Below, piece after piece: positions 8,684 to 18,203 of a DNA stretch of 44,520 nt. The notes beneath the pieces are model-generated. The model did not search any database. It was not told the origin of the DNA and was given only the letters and a program-made list of their open reading frames with translations. Positions within the stretch are counted from its first letter, which is position 1. Every line of letters begins with the position of its first letter. The position numbers were made by a program, and so were the translations under genes. The stretch is from NCBI GenBank assembly GCA_020854065.1, contig JADZGF010000010.1, positions 1-44,520 on the forward strand, read 5' to 3'. The stretch is from Candidatus Nomurabacteria bacterium (GTDB lineage: Bacteria; Patescibacteriota; Minisyncoccia; Phycocordibacterales; SBAW01).

Positions 8684-9561
8684 CGATTGGATTTATTGGC
8701 CAGGGTTTTATAGGTAAAAGTTACGCTGACGACATGGAGCGTCGTGGCTATCGTGTTGTGCGCTATGCGCTTGAGCCGGCGTATGTTGGCAACAAAGATA
8801 AGATCAAATCATGCGACATGGTCTTTATTGCGGTGCCCACGCCCACCACGCCTAAAGGTTTTGATTATTCGATTGTTGAGTCGGCACTGCATTTAGTGGG
8901 AGTAGGTAAGATCGCTATTATTAAGTCGACTATTTTACCGGGGACAACTGCACAGCTACAGAAAAAATTCCCCAAGCTTGTCATTATGCACTCACCGGAG
9001 TTTTTGGTGCTTAAACAAGCGGCCGAGGATGCGGCGCGTCCACTGCGCAACATTATTGGTGTTGCCAAAAACACCCCGACCTATCGATCTCATGCGCGCC
9101 GTGTGATGCGTGTGTTGCCCAAAGCGCCGTATGAGCTTGTATGTTCGGCAAAAGATGCTGAGTTGGTTAAGTACGGTGGCAACTTTTTCCTATATCTTAA
9201 GGTGCTCTATGCCAACCTTATGTACGAACTCAGTGAGCGTGCCGGTGCCAACTATGAGGTGGTAAAAGAAGCTATTGCCGCTGACCCGCGCATTGGCCCC
9301 TCACATCTCCAAGTGCTCCACGACAGTGGACACAAAGGTGCAAAACGGGGGCGTGGTGCCGGTGGAGTATGCTTTATTAAAGACGTGGCAGCATTTGCCG
9401 ACTTTTACAGCAAAGCCACAAAGAATAAGGCTGGGATGAATCTTATTCAGGCTGCAATTGATAAAAACATCGAACTCTTAATTGAGTCTGGAAAAGACTT
9501 AGACTTACTCGTCGGCGTACACGGTCCCCGTGTGTTGCGCAGAAAGGTTCGTCAAAAATAA
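8680..9561 (+). CDS. UDP-glucose/GDP-mannose dehydrogenase-family protein, short form (N-terminal and central domains only)
   Basis: Start moved to ATG 8680 (MTIGFIGQGFIGKSY, a GxGxxG motif), which forms an ATGA overlap. SPEFLVLKQAAEDAARPLRNIIG resembles the NPEFLREG motif. GGVCFIKD resembles the catalytic-Cys GGxCxxKD motif. At about 293 aa the C-terminal UDP-binding domain appears absent. Confidence 0.6.
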   Translation: MTIGFIGQGFIGKSYADDMERRGYRVVRYALEPAYVGNKDKIKSCDMVFIAVPTPTTPKGFDYSIVESALHLVGVGKIAIIKSTILPGTTAQLQKKFPKLVIMHSPEFLVLKQAAEDAARPLRNIIGVAKNTPTYRSHARRVMRVLPKAPYELVCSAKDAELVKYGGNFFLYLKVLYANLMYELSERAGANYEVVKEAIAADPRIGPSHLQVLHDSGHKGAKRGRGAGGVCFIKDVAAFADFYSKATKNKAGMNLIQAAIDKNIELLIESGKDLDLLVGVHGPRVLRRKVRQK

Positions 9562-10454
9562 TGAAACTCCTTATTTGTACCCAAGCACTCGATAGTAATG
9601 ACCCGATCTTGGGGTTTTTTGTACGGTGGGTTGCTGAGTTTGCTAAACATACAGAGCAAGTAACGGTTATTTGTCTGCGCAAAGGGGAGTACTCCCTCCC
9701 TCCAAATGTCCGCGTGTTCGCGCTTGGTGGAGGTGGCAAATTGATTCGTACGTACAAACTTCTGCGCGGCGCATACAAGTTCCACAATAACTACGACGCA
9801 GTGTTTGTGCATATGAACCCCGAATATTTGGTAGTTGCAGGATGGCTATGGCGTCTTCTGAATAAAAAAACAGTGCTTTGGTATACCCATAAACAGGTAG
9901 GACTCCGGCTCCGTATTGCAACGTTTTTTGCAAATACAGTATGTACTGCGTCTAAAGAAAGTTTTCGTCTTCCATCAAAAAAAGTTGAGGTTATGGGCCA
10001 TGGTATTGATACTGATTTTTTCACTCCCGGCACTTCAATTGTTCGCGGCACACACTATCTTTCAGTGGGCCGCTTAACGTATAGCAAGCGCCATGATCGT
10101 GCAATCGATACTGCAGCGAAAGAGGGTAAAGAACTACGTATTGTGGGCGATGGGCCCGAGCGTGCTGCGCTTGAAGTGCATGCACAAAAGGCTGGCGCAC
10201 AGGTGGTATTCCTTGGCGCTATGAAGCAGGAGCCGTTGCGAGAAGAATATCGCAGTGCAGCGTGCCTTATACACACGAGCGAGACAGGGTCGCTCGACAA
10301 AGTGGTGCTTGAAGCGCTTGCGTGTGGCTGCCCTATCCGTACCAATGATCCTGCATTGAAGCATCTTGAGTCAAAAGATCCGGAATATGTTCGTGAATAC
10401 CACGCCATTCCTCGACTAATTGAGAAAATTATGTCATGGTATAGGCATGTCTAA
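9561..10454 (+). CDS. Glycosyltransferase family 4-like (GT-B)
   Basis: TAATG overlap with the upstream gene. Motifs LSVGRLTYSKRHD and HTSETGSLDKVVLEALACGCPI (E-x7-E). Confidence 0.7.
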   Translation: MKLLICTQALDSNDPILGFFVRWVAEFAKHTEQVTVICLRKGEYSLPPNVRVFALGGGGKLIRTYKLLRGAYKFHNNYDAVFVHMNPEYLVVAGWLWRLLNKKTVLWYTHKQVGLRLRIATFFANTVCTASKESFRLPSKKVEVMGHGIDTDFFTPGTSIVRGTHYLSVGRLTYSKRHDRAIDTAAKEGKELRIVGDGPERAALEVHAQKAGAQVVFLGAMKQEPLREEYRSAACLIHTSETGSLDKVVLEALACGCPIRTNDPALKHLESKDPEYVREYHAIPRLIEKIMSWYRHV

Positions 10455-11910
10455 CGGGCAAAAGATACCGTGTTCGGTCTCACTCCTGACCTTCAATTCG
10501 GTCGATGGGCTTGAGCGGTGCCTTAATTCGCTTAAAGAATTTGAGGAGATTATTATTTGCGACGGTAATTCTACCGATGATACTCGCGTTATTGCGGAGC
10601 GATTTGGTGCTAAAATAATTTCTCAATACGACACCGACGAGTCTAATACCCGCTGCGCAATGGACAAGGCGGCGGTGCGCCAACGTGCTATGGGTACTTC
10701 AACGTTGCCATGGCGTTTCTTTATGGACTCAGACGATGAACTTTCTCCTGAGGTCTCTGCCGAAATCCGCGCTATCACCGCTCTTTCAAACCCTACGCAC
10801 TATGTTTGGCGTATGCCAACACGTATTTTTATTGATGGTCGTGAGATACGATACGAAGCTACCTATCCTTCATATCAGACTCGTCTTGTTAACAAATCGG
10901 TAGGTGCATATTTTAAAAATCCGGTCCACGATCGTCTTGCGTGGGATACATCTGTATATCCTGTCGGCACCATGCAAAGTTATTATAACTTTCATTGGCC
11001 TCAAGAACGGGTTGCCAACTATTGGGGATATCTCGGTGCCTATGCACGTCGCGAAGTACAGACATTTGAACTCTCAGGTTTTTTTGCACTTCTGTATTGG
11101 GCGTATCTCCGTCTGCGCACTATTGCAGGGTATTTATTGTGGCGTTTGCCTGCTATGTATCTACGCCATGGATTTGCCGAATCGATGCCTCTTTCAATTG
11201 AACTCACCATCGTTCGTTATCATGTTGCGCTACTCTTCGGTGTTATAGGTAAGTACGTTCGTACACGCGTGTGGGTGGAAATCCTTGTCGGTACACTCCA
11301 AGGAAAGGATATTAACCGTATCCTTTTTAATCTTGCAGCTACTCCATATGAAGCGTATGGTCGTGTGTTGGATATTGGGGGCGGAGTTAACCCAAGTTAT
11401 TGGCGCTATCTCCAAACGCGTCGCTGGTATCGCCGTATTAGTGCCGATCTTCCGCATACGAAACCTGATATAGTCACCAACTTGGAGGAAGCGTCGCTTC
11501 CACTTACCGATGGTTATTGCGATACAGTACTTCTCTTTAATGTGCTCGAGCATATTAACAATCGCGAATTGCTCTTGCGTGAGATCCGCCGCGTATTAAA
11601 ACGCGAGCGAGTGTTCATTGGCGTGGTACCGTTTTTAGTTGCGGTCCATCCCGACCCACACGACTATGTACGCTTTACCGATGAAGGTTTGCGCGACTTG
11701 TTAACAAAAGCTGGTTTTACTGACATTGTCGTAAAGCCGGTCGGTCGCGGCCCTCTCACTGCATCCTACTATCAAAGCGAATTTCTGTGGCCAAGGTTGT
11801 TGAAACTTCTTTTCCTTCCGTTGGTTCTCAACCTGGATGCTCTTATCCTTACCCTTCGACCTGCGTGGCGTGACAAGTTTCCACTCTCGTACGTCTTTTG
11901 CGCGCGGTAA
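10447..11910 (+). CDS. Fusion of glycosyltransferase family 2, a membrane segment and a class I SAM-dependent methyltransferase
   Basis: Start moved to ATG 10447 (MSNGQKIPCSVSLLTFNS). GT2 motifs are CDGNSTDDT and DSDDE. Central hydrophobic helices include FFALLYWAYLRLRTIAGYLLW. The C-terminal methyltransferase motifs are VLDIGGGVNP and LLFNVLEHINNRELLLREIRRVLKRERVFIGVVP. Confidence 0.7.
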   Translation: MSNGQKIPCSVSLLTFNSVDGLERCLNSLKEFEEIIICDGNSTDDTRVIAERFGAKIISQYDTDESNTRCAMDKAAVRQRAMGTSTLPWRFFMDSDDELSPEVSAEIRAITALSNPTHYVWRMPTRIFIDGREIRYEATYPSYQTRLVNKSVGAYFKNPVHDRLAWDTSVYPVGTMQSYYNFHWPQERVANYWGYLGAYARREVQTFELSGFFALLYWAYLRLRTIAGYLLWRLPAMYLRHGFAESMPLSIELTIVRYHVALLFGVIGKYVRTRVWVEILVGTLQGKDINRILFNLAATPYEAYGRVLDIGGGVNPSYWRYLQTRRWYRRISADLPHTKPDIVTNLEEASLPLTDGYCDTVLLFNVLEHINNRELLLREIRRVLKRERVFIGVVPFLVAVHPDPHDYVRFTDEGLRDLLTKAGFTDIVVKPVGRGPLTASYYQSEFLWPRLLKLLFLPLVLNLDALILTLRPAWRDKFPLSYVFCAR

Positions 11911-11919
11911 TCTATATCT

Positions 11920-13725
11920 ATGTGTGCTATTAACGGTATAGTCGGGGGCGGTCCCGATGCAAAGGAGGTGGTCGCTGCGATGAATGTGGCTACTTCTCAC
12001 CGTGGTCCTGATGGTACTGCGCTCTGGCACTCTGATGCGATAACACTTGGTCATAACCGCCTAGCGATCATAGATCTCTCTGCGGCTGCAAACCAACCAC
12101 TACACTCAGATTCCGGACGCACGACACTCGTTTTTAACGGTGAGATCTACAATTTTAAAGAGCTTCGTGCACAATTGCCCGACTATCAATACAAAAGCAA
12201 TGGCGATTCAGAAGTCATTATTGCGGCGTATGAAAAGTGGGGCACAGATGCCTTTGCAAAATTGCGCGGTATGTTTGCTTTTGCGCTTTGGGATAGTGCT
12301 TCGCAGGAACTTTTTTTAGTGCGGGATCAGTCGGGTATTAAACCACTCCTTTGGTGTCAAAAAGGAGAGAAGGTTTATTTTTCTTCCGAGCTCCGGGGAT
12401 TACTCCCCGTACTCCCCGAACGTCGTATTAATCGCGACTCGCTCAAAAATTATCTGCGTCTACGGTATGTACCAGGACCGCACTCACTCATCGAAGGTGT
12501 CAATAAAATCCCTTCAGCGTCGTATCTTCGTGTCAAAGACGGTGTACTTACACTTAAAACGTATGCATCGGTGGCATTAATACCAACCGCGCAAGGTTCT
12601 CTCGCACAGACAGCTGCGCTTATCGATAAAGCGGTTGCGTCTGAGTTGGTGTCCGATCGGCCTGTGGGACTCTTTCTATCCGGAGGACTCGACTCTACTA
12701 TTGTGCTCGATGCAGCCACACGTGCAGCTGGTACGGTAGAGACGTTTACCCTACGTTTTGGGGTAGAAGTGAGTGAGCAGGCTGCGAAGTTTAATGCAGA
12801 CGCTGACCTTGCGGCACAGACTGCCAAACACTATAAGACTAACCATCACGAGATCTTATTTACTGAAGAGCGTTTTATCGAATTGTTGCCTGAAGCAGCT
12901 CGGGCAAGTGAACCTATTGGCAACGCTACTGCTATTGCACAGCTACATCTTGCGCGAGAGGCACGAAAACATATTGTGGTAGCTCTTGTGGGCGACGGTG
13001 GCGACGAACTCTTCGGTGGATATCCGCGTTACAAACTATCACGATTGATGGATAGATATCAGATGCTCCCTCCGTCTATTCGTTCATTGCTAAATATTGT
13101 GCCGGTACTTCGTAAACTCAATACGCCTCCGAGAGTTGAGCGTGTAGAACTTTTTATGTTTGAGAAAGACGAGCAGCTTCGCCGTGCGGTAGTGGGGGAG
13201 TATATCTCAACAGAACCGTCTAGACAGTTTGCCGCACAGTACCTCACCACAAATAGTTCTGACTTTACGCAATTGTTTATGGACGCCGATCGCCGATCCT
13301 GGCTCGTTGATGAGGCACTTGCTCGCACCGATGCAGCCACAATGGCCTCGGCGCTTGAGGCTCGTGTGCCGCTGTTAAACTACGATCTTGTCGAGTATGC
13401 GTCGCGCCTACCCAACTCTTTGCGCCAAGGCAAACATCATCTTCGGGAGGCGTTCGCTACACGTTTGCCGCTGCACATTCTTAATGCCCCCAAGCGCGGA
13501 TTTTTCTCGCCTATTGCCAAATGGTTGCGTCGCCCCGCACTTCAGAAGATAGTTCGCACAACGCTCTCGCCGGGGTTTCATCCACAAACCGACGCACTGT
13601 TTAATTTCAATGAGCTTCGTATATTACTCAATGATCACGTCGAGGGCAAAACATATGCTGCCCCACTCATTTGGTCGCTCGTTATGTTTCGTCTATGGGC
13701 AAAAGAACACAACGCTATTCTATGA
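11920..13725 (+). CDS. asnB: Asparagine synthase (glutamine-hydrolysing) family amidotransferase
   Basis: MCAINGIV with the N-terminal nucleophile Cys2, GHNRLAIIDLS and FNGEIYNF (GATase-2 domain), and the SGGLDSTIV PP-loop of the synthetase domain. Confidence 0.9.
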   Translation: MCAINGIVGGGPDAKEVVAAMNVATSHRGPDGTALWHSDAITLGHNRLAIIDLSAAANQPLHSDSGRTTLVFNGEIYNFKELRAQLPDYQYKSNGDSEVIIAAYEKWGTDAFAKLRGMFAFALWDSASQELFLVRDQSGIKPLLWCQKGEKVYFSSELRGLLPVLPERRINRDSLKNYLRLRYVPGPHSLIEGVNKIPSASYLRVKDGVLTLKTYASVALIPTAQGSLAQTAALIDKAVASELVSDRPVGLFLSGGLDSTIVLDAATRAAGTVETFTLRFGVEVSEQAAKFNADADLAAQTAKHYKTNHHEILFTEERFIELLPEAARASEPIGNATAIAQLHLAREARKHIVVALVGDGGDELFGGYPRYKLSRLMDRYQMLPPSIRSLLNIVPVLRKLNTPPRVERVELFMFEKDEQLRRAVVGEYISTEPSRQFAAQYLTTNSSDFTQLFMDADRRSWLVDEALARTDAATMASALEARVPLLNYDLVEYASRLPNSLRQGKHHLREAFATRLPLHILNAPKRGFFSPIAKWLRRPALQKIVRTTLSPGFHPQTDALFNFNELRILLNDHVEGKTYAAPLIWSLVMFRLWAKEHNAIL

Positions 13726-14993
13726 TTCTTCAACTGCTTAGGACGGATCATGTGCTCCGCAGAGTACTTGTGGCGGTGCTCATAATCCATGTACTCTCTG
13801 CAATTTTTGTGGCGACTGTACGTCCCGGAAGCATCTCGCCGGTTCAAGATCCGCTTGAGTATCGCACTATCGCCGAGCATGTGCTTTCGCACAAAGTATT
13901 TTCAATCGCTCCTCCGGCCGATGAAAATCCCGATCTTTTGCGCGGACCGGGATATCCGCTTTTTTTAGCATCGACGTTCGTGTTTGATCGAAGTGGTACG
14001 CTCGCCATTATTCTTCAACAAGTCATGGTGGTGTGCTGCGGCGCATTCGCATTCCTCCTTATGCGGCGTTTTGGCTTATCGCACCTCACTTCTATAGGGC
14101 TTTCCGCTGCCGTTCTTTTTGAGCCACATCTGTGGCTCTATTCTCTACAGACAATGTCAGAGACGTTCTATGCGTTCGTATTGTGCACTACGCTGTATAT
14201 GATTTTTTATCCACCTGCGCGTTATGCCGCTGCATGGGTGGGGGTGCTACTCGGTGTCTCTGTTCTTATTAAACCCTCAGGGCTCATATTGGCGCCGTTC
14301 ATCCTTAGCTATTATTTGCTGAGGACAGAGTGGCGAACTCAGGTACGTACTTTTTTATTCGCAACACTGTGTCTCATGGTAGTACTTATGCCGTGGGTTA
14401 TTCGAAATTATGCCTTGACTGGCTCTTTTGTTCTCAGCTCGAGTCCTGCATACAACATAGTGCTCGGCCTCGGTACTCCGCAGGAACACGAAGCGCTTGA
14501 GTCCGAGGGAGCTATCTTCACCGACTCACTCAACAGGGAAGGGCGCATAATTCATGCGTTTACGGTTAACGGTTATGCCGACGTTGTCGCTCTCCAGCAG
14601 GAAGTCATTGAGCGTCGCGGCACTCTCGGAATCTTCCGCGAACAGATATTGTGTGCTCCGCGTGTGTGGACGGGTCATTCATATGGCGCGATTGCAGGCA
14701 TACTCTTTGGTTCAGGAGTAGCACAGTATGAAAGTACGATTTACACATTCGGAGTCATACTACATGCGTTTGTGGCAGCGTTGTTTGTGGGCGGCGCATA
14801 TATACTCATGCGTGACCCGCACACACGACTCATGGCACTGCCGCTTATCGGCATGGTCCTAGCGGTGACACTCTTCAATGCGTGCGTTTCCTATACTCGG
14901 ATGCTTATTCCGCTGTTTCCGATTATCGCTCTTGTAGTAGGTGTGTATATCGAGACTGTCGGCGCGCGCTTCATGCGCTCGGTATCTCGCTAA
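13722..14993 (+). CDS. GT-C fold membrane glycosyltransferase (GT39/ArnT/PMT_2-like)
   Basis: Start moved to ATG 13722 (ATGA overlap with the asnB stop). Polytopic membrane protein with at least 9 hydrophobic helices. The LRGPGYPLFLA loop after TM1 is typical of ArnT/PMT-like enzymes. Confidence 0.6.
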   Translation: MILQLLRTDHVLRRVLVAVLIIHVLSAIFVATVRPGSISPVQDPLEYRTIAEHVLSHKVFSIAPPADENPDLLRGPGYPLFLASTFVFDRSGTLAIILQQVMVVCCGAFAFLLMRRFGLSHLTSIGLSAAVLFEPHLWLYSLQTMSETFYAFVLCTTLYMIFYPPARYAAAWVGVLLGVSVLIKPSGLILAPFILSYYLLRTEWRTQVRTFLFATLCLMVVLMPWVIRNYALTGSFVLSSSPAYNIVLGLGTPQEHEALESEGAIFTDSLNREGRIIHAFTVNGYADVVALQQEVIERRGTLGIFREQILCAPRVWTGHSYGAIAGILFGSGVAQYESTIYTFGVILHAFVAALFVGGAYILMRDPHTRLMALPLIGMVLAVTLFNACVSYTRMLIPLFPIIALVVGVYIETVGARFMRSVSR

Positions 14994-15032
14994 TCTTGCC
15001 ATTTACCATTTTTTATGGTATTTCTGTAGCGC

Positions 15033-16289
15033 ATGACTTTTATTGAATGGGCATTTCGCGCAGGAGAAGGGCGTACCATAGTGCTTGATATTGATGGTAC
15101 GTTGGTGCCTGCAGGGGAGAGTGCAGTATCTCCGGACGTTGTTGAGGCGGTTTTTAAACTCAAGGAGCGTAACACGGTATTTCTTTTTTCAAACAAACAT
15201 CTGCCGGAGCGCAATCGCACAGTTGCGCATACTCTTGGTATTTCGCTCATTCAGTCCTCCTATCGCAAGCCGAATCCAAAAGTGCTCCGTGGTGTTTCTG
15301 AGGACGTAATCGTAGTGGGCGACAAGCACCTCACTGACGGACTGTTGGCATTTTTTTCCGGAGCCGAGTTCATACGGGTCGCTCGCGTAACTGCGGCTCA
15401 GGAACCCATTCTCGATAAAATTTTTAATGCGATCGATGATGTTGCAGGGCAGACGTGGTATTTTTTTAAGTGTTTGCGGCCGGAACAATGGAGTAAAAAT
15501 ATTCTTATATTTGTTCCGCTTTTCTTCGCTCATGCTGTTTTCAATCCCGCGGCACTCATGGCTACCGCTGCGGTATTTATTGCTTTCTGTTTTATTTCAA
15601 GCGCGACGTATATCGCCAACGACATGGCAGATGTTGCCACCGATCGCGAACATCCGACCAAGCGTTTCCGTCCACTTGCGCGCGGCGATGTGACGGTCCA
15701 GGGAGTGGTATTCCTTGGGGTCACGCTATTTCTCTCTGGGGCGCTTTTTGCATTTCTCTTTGCGCCGCTCGCGCTTCCGGTGCTTTGTGTATACGCACTC
15801 TCTTCAGTCTTTTATAGCGTCTACGGCAAGCATCTGCCGATTATTGAGATGCTCATGTTTATATGGTTTTATTTCGCACGTATGCTCGCTGGGGCGCTTG
15901 CCGCGTCCGTCCCGCTTTCAGCATGGTTCACACTCGCAGTGGTATTTCTCGCGCTCTTTATGATTGCCGCAAAACGATATACCGAGCGTATGCAAGATCG
16001 TTCGCGAGCGGTCTTGGCGCACTATTCACCTCTCTTTCTTCAGTCCATACTTATCGTGAGCGCCGCGCTCGTGGTCGCTTTTTATGCACTCTATACTGTA
16101 CTTGGTGAAGGTTCGACTCTTGCTGTATATTCGACCATCCCCGTAGTTTCCGGAATTGTGCGCTACTTGCAGCTGAGTCTTGGAGCCGAGTCGGCTGAAT
16201 CGCCCGAGCGACTTATTATTACCGACCCAGGACTTCTTGCGGCGGGCACTGTTTGGTTCCTGATGATGGTCGCGGTATTCTATTTCTAA
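15033..16289 (+). CDS. Fusion of a HAD-IIIA (YqeG-like) phosphatase and a UbiA-family polyprenyl-phosphate phosphoribosyltransferase (DPPR-synthase-like)
   Basis: The N-terminus has VLDIDGTLV (HAD motif I), FSNK and VGDKHLTD. The C-terminus has LRPEQWSKNILIF and NDMADVATDREHPTKRFRPLARGDV. As I recall, the latter is nearly identical in pattern to the Asp-rich motif of mycobacterial Rv3806c-type decaprenyl-phosphate phosphoribosyltransferases. About 8 TM helices. Confidence 0.75.
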   Translation: MTFIEWAFRAGEGRTIVLDIDGTLVPAGESAVSPDVVEAVFKLKERNTVFLFSNKHLPERNRTVAHTLGISLIQSSYRKPNPKVLRGVSEDVIVVGDKHLTDGLLAFFSGAEFIRVARVTAAQEPILDKIFNAIDDVAGQTWYFFKCLRPEQWSKNILIFVPLFFAHAVFNPAALMATAAVFIAFCFISSATYIANDMADVATDREHPTKRFRPLARGDVTVQGVVFLGVTLFLSGALFAFLFAPLALPVLCVYALSSVFYSVYGKHLPIIEMLMFIWFYFARMLAGALAASVPLSAWFTLAVVFLALFMIAAKRYTERMQDRSRAVLAHYSPLFLQSILIVSAALVVAFYALYTVLGEGSTLAVYSTIPVVSGIVRYLQLSLGAESAESPERLIITDPGLLAAGTVWFLMMVAVFYF

Positions 16290-16639
16290 TGGGGTACATC
16301 CTACTCATACTGGCACTTCTATTCAATGCGTTGGCAAATATCGCGCTGAAGCTCGGTGCCGCACAATTTGCGGCATTGCGCGAGACAGGGATAATGCGCG
16401 CGGTGTTTGAAAATCCGTATCTTCTTGGCGGTGTCGCACTTTTTGCATGCAATGTCGTGCTCTATGCGCTCGCATTGTCCCGTATTCCACTATCGGTGGG
16501 GTATCCAATTATGGTTGCGGGGGGAATCGTTATCGTTACGCTTGCCTCGGTGCTGTATATGAGAGAGACCATCGGTATATCACATTTCCTTGGTTTGGGA
16601 TTCCTGCTTATCGGAATTGTGCTTATTTCTTATAAGTAG
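16289..16639 (+). CDS. SMR/EamA-like 4-TM transporter, ArnE/ArnF-like candidate polyprenyl-phosphate-sugar flippase
   Basis: Start moved to ATG 16289 (TAATG overlap). 116 aa with four hydrophobic helices. ALANIALKLGA and VGYPIMVAGGIV are SMR-like. Confidence 0.6.
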   Translation: MGYILLILALLFNALANIALKLGAAQFAALRETGIMRAVFENPYLLGGVALFACNVVLYALALSRIPLSVGYPIMVAGGIVIVTLASVLYMRETIGISHFLGLGFLLIGIVLISYK

Positions 16640-16642
16640 AGT

Positions 16643-18169
16643 TTAGTGCCCACTTCTGCGGCACGCATACAAATGGACTGTTTCCGGCGTAAAGAGTGAG
16701 AATACGCTTGTCGGGTTTTCTACATGTCGGTCTGTGCGGGCGGTAAGAGTTTCGCATGCGTCTCCGGAGCTTGCACTCAACACCACATCCATGGAGGGTG
16801 TTCCAGTTGCGTAATGATAATAGTTCCAGGTTCCGAGCAGTTCTGTTTGTGCAAGTTTCTGGATGCGCGCCCCGGCAGGTCGGCCGACAAGTTCAGGATA
16901 AGAGAGATGCCACTGTGCCGCTTCCATACTGAGCGGTAATTCAATATCAATTCCAACTGCAGCAAGACGTTCGTCACGCGGAATATGTGTCTCTATCCAG
17001 TTTCGTGCAACAAGTGCTGGCGGGTCAGTGAGGTTCGAGAGCCACGCTATACTCCCGATCATGTTGAGAACGACGCACCCTATGCCAATCCATATTGGTG
17101 CACGAATCGCATGCATTACCGCAACTCCTAACAGAGTAAAAACTGCGGTAGGTAGTGCGAGCCACCGCACCGTATCCGGCATAGCGGCCACGAGTACCCA
17201 CACTATATAGGTCGCTATCGCCGCTATTGCCATGAGTCGAACATGGTGGTCGCGGCGGACCGCATAGAGAGTGCAGAGGGCTGCAAGAAACAGTAGGGCA
17301 GTTGCGGGTTCGAGTGCTACCCAATCTGTCCATAAAAAAGTGAGACGCTCCACAAGCGAATCGGCAGGAACTGCTTCTGCGAATGCCCCAGTCTCCCCAT
17401 GCATCCGCAAGGCTCCCAATATCATGGCAGCTGTTCCTTTAAAGTTGATGAGATAGAGCGGTATGCTTATCGCGGCGGCAGTGGCGACTCCTGGTACTAT
17501 GTCTCGCTTTTTTCGTAATGCAATAACTGGCCAGATAAACGCAATAATTCCGAGTACATGAGTACCGAAGGCCGCTGAAGCGAACGCTACTGATATAAGC
17601 CACACCCGCGAATTATTCGTAAGCCGTGCGTGCAGTCCGAAATACGCTGCCGCAAGAAAAAAAGCCAACATTGGTGCATGTGGCTTGCCCCAATGAGCGA
17701 CATTTATTTGTATAAGTGAGGTGGCGAAGATCGCGGCTCCGACAACTGCGTAACGCTGCTCTGCAAAAAGCCTGATGATGCGGTAGATCGCATATATGCT
17801 GGCAGTACTTGCCGCAGCTGCAGTAATACGTGCAGCGAGAATGAGTTCTGAAGTTCCATGGAGGAGTAAGTAATTCTCCAGCACGGTTGGAGAAAATCCT
17901 CTGGATTGTATCGCTATCCATGCAGACATTGCTAAAAATGCAGGTATGGTCGCGACCATCACGCCTGCAGGGTACGGTGATATAAATTCATTCCACACAG
18001 GCACGCCACTAAAAAGCCTCAGCAGGAACATAGAGGCGTCATGTTCGTCTGAAATAAGTCCAGTAAGAGGCATCCCCCATGTGAGTTGCCATATACGGAA
18101 GACAGCTCCAATAAACAGGATGCCAAGGAGGACAATTTCAAGAGGGACTCTCTTAATCATGTCTTTCAT
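16643..18169 (-). CDS. GT-C fold membrane glycosyltransferase (ArnT/PMT_2-like), minus strand
   Basis: 508-aa polytopic membrane protein with more than 10 helices and a soluble C-terminal domain of about 120 aa. It converges on the SMR gene with a 3-nt gap. The family call rests on topology and context only. Confidence 0.55.
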   Translation of the reverse strand: MKDMIKRVPLEIVLLGILFIGAVFRIWQLTWGMPLTGLISDEHDASMFLLRLFSGVPVWNEFISPYPAGVMVATIPAFLAMSAWIAIQSRGFSPTVLENYLLLHGTSELILAARITAAAASTASIYAIYRIIRLFAEQRYAVVGAAIFATSLIQINVAHWGKPHAPMLAFFLAAAYFGLHARLTNNSRVWLISVAFASAAFGTHVLGIIAFIWPVIALRKKRDIVPGVATAAAISIPLYLINFKGTAAMILGALRMHGETGAFAEAVPADSLVERLTFLWTDWVALEPATALLFLAALCTLYAVRRDHHVRLMAIAAIATYIVWVLVAAMPDTVRWLALPTAVFTLLGVAVMHAIRAPIWIGIGCVVLNMIGSIAWLSNLTDPPALVARNWIETHIPRDERLAAVGIDIELPLSMEAAQWHLSYPELVGRPAGARIQKLAQTELLGTWNYYHYATGTPSMDVVLSASSGDACETLTARTDRHVENPTSVFSLFTPETVHLYACRRSGH

Positions 18170-18186
18170 AATACTCGACTAAAGCG

Positions 18187-18195
18187 TGGTATAGT
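18187..18195 (+). promoter_or_regulatory. Extended -10 promoter element (TGgTATAGT) 9 nt upstream of ATG 18204, giving a near-leaderless transcript
   Basis: TGGTATAGT lies inside a 34-nt divergent intergenic gap. No SD sits between it and the ATG. Confidence 0.4.
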
Positions 18196-18203
18196 CCTCA
18201 ACG

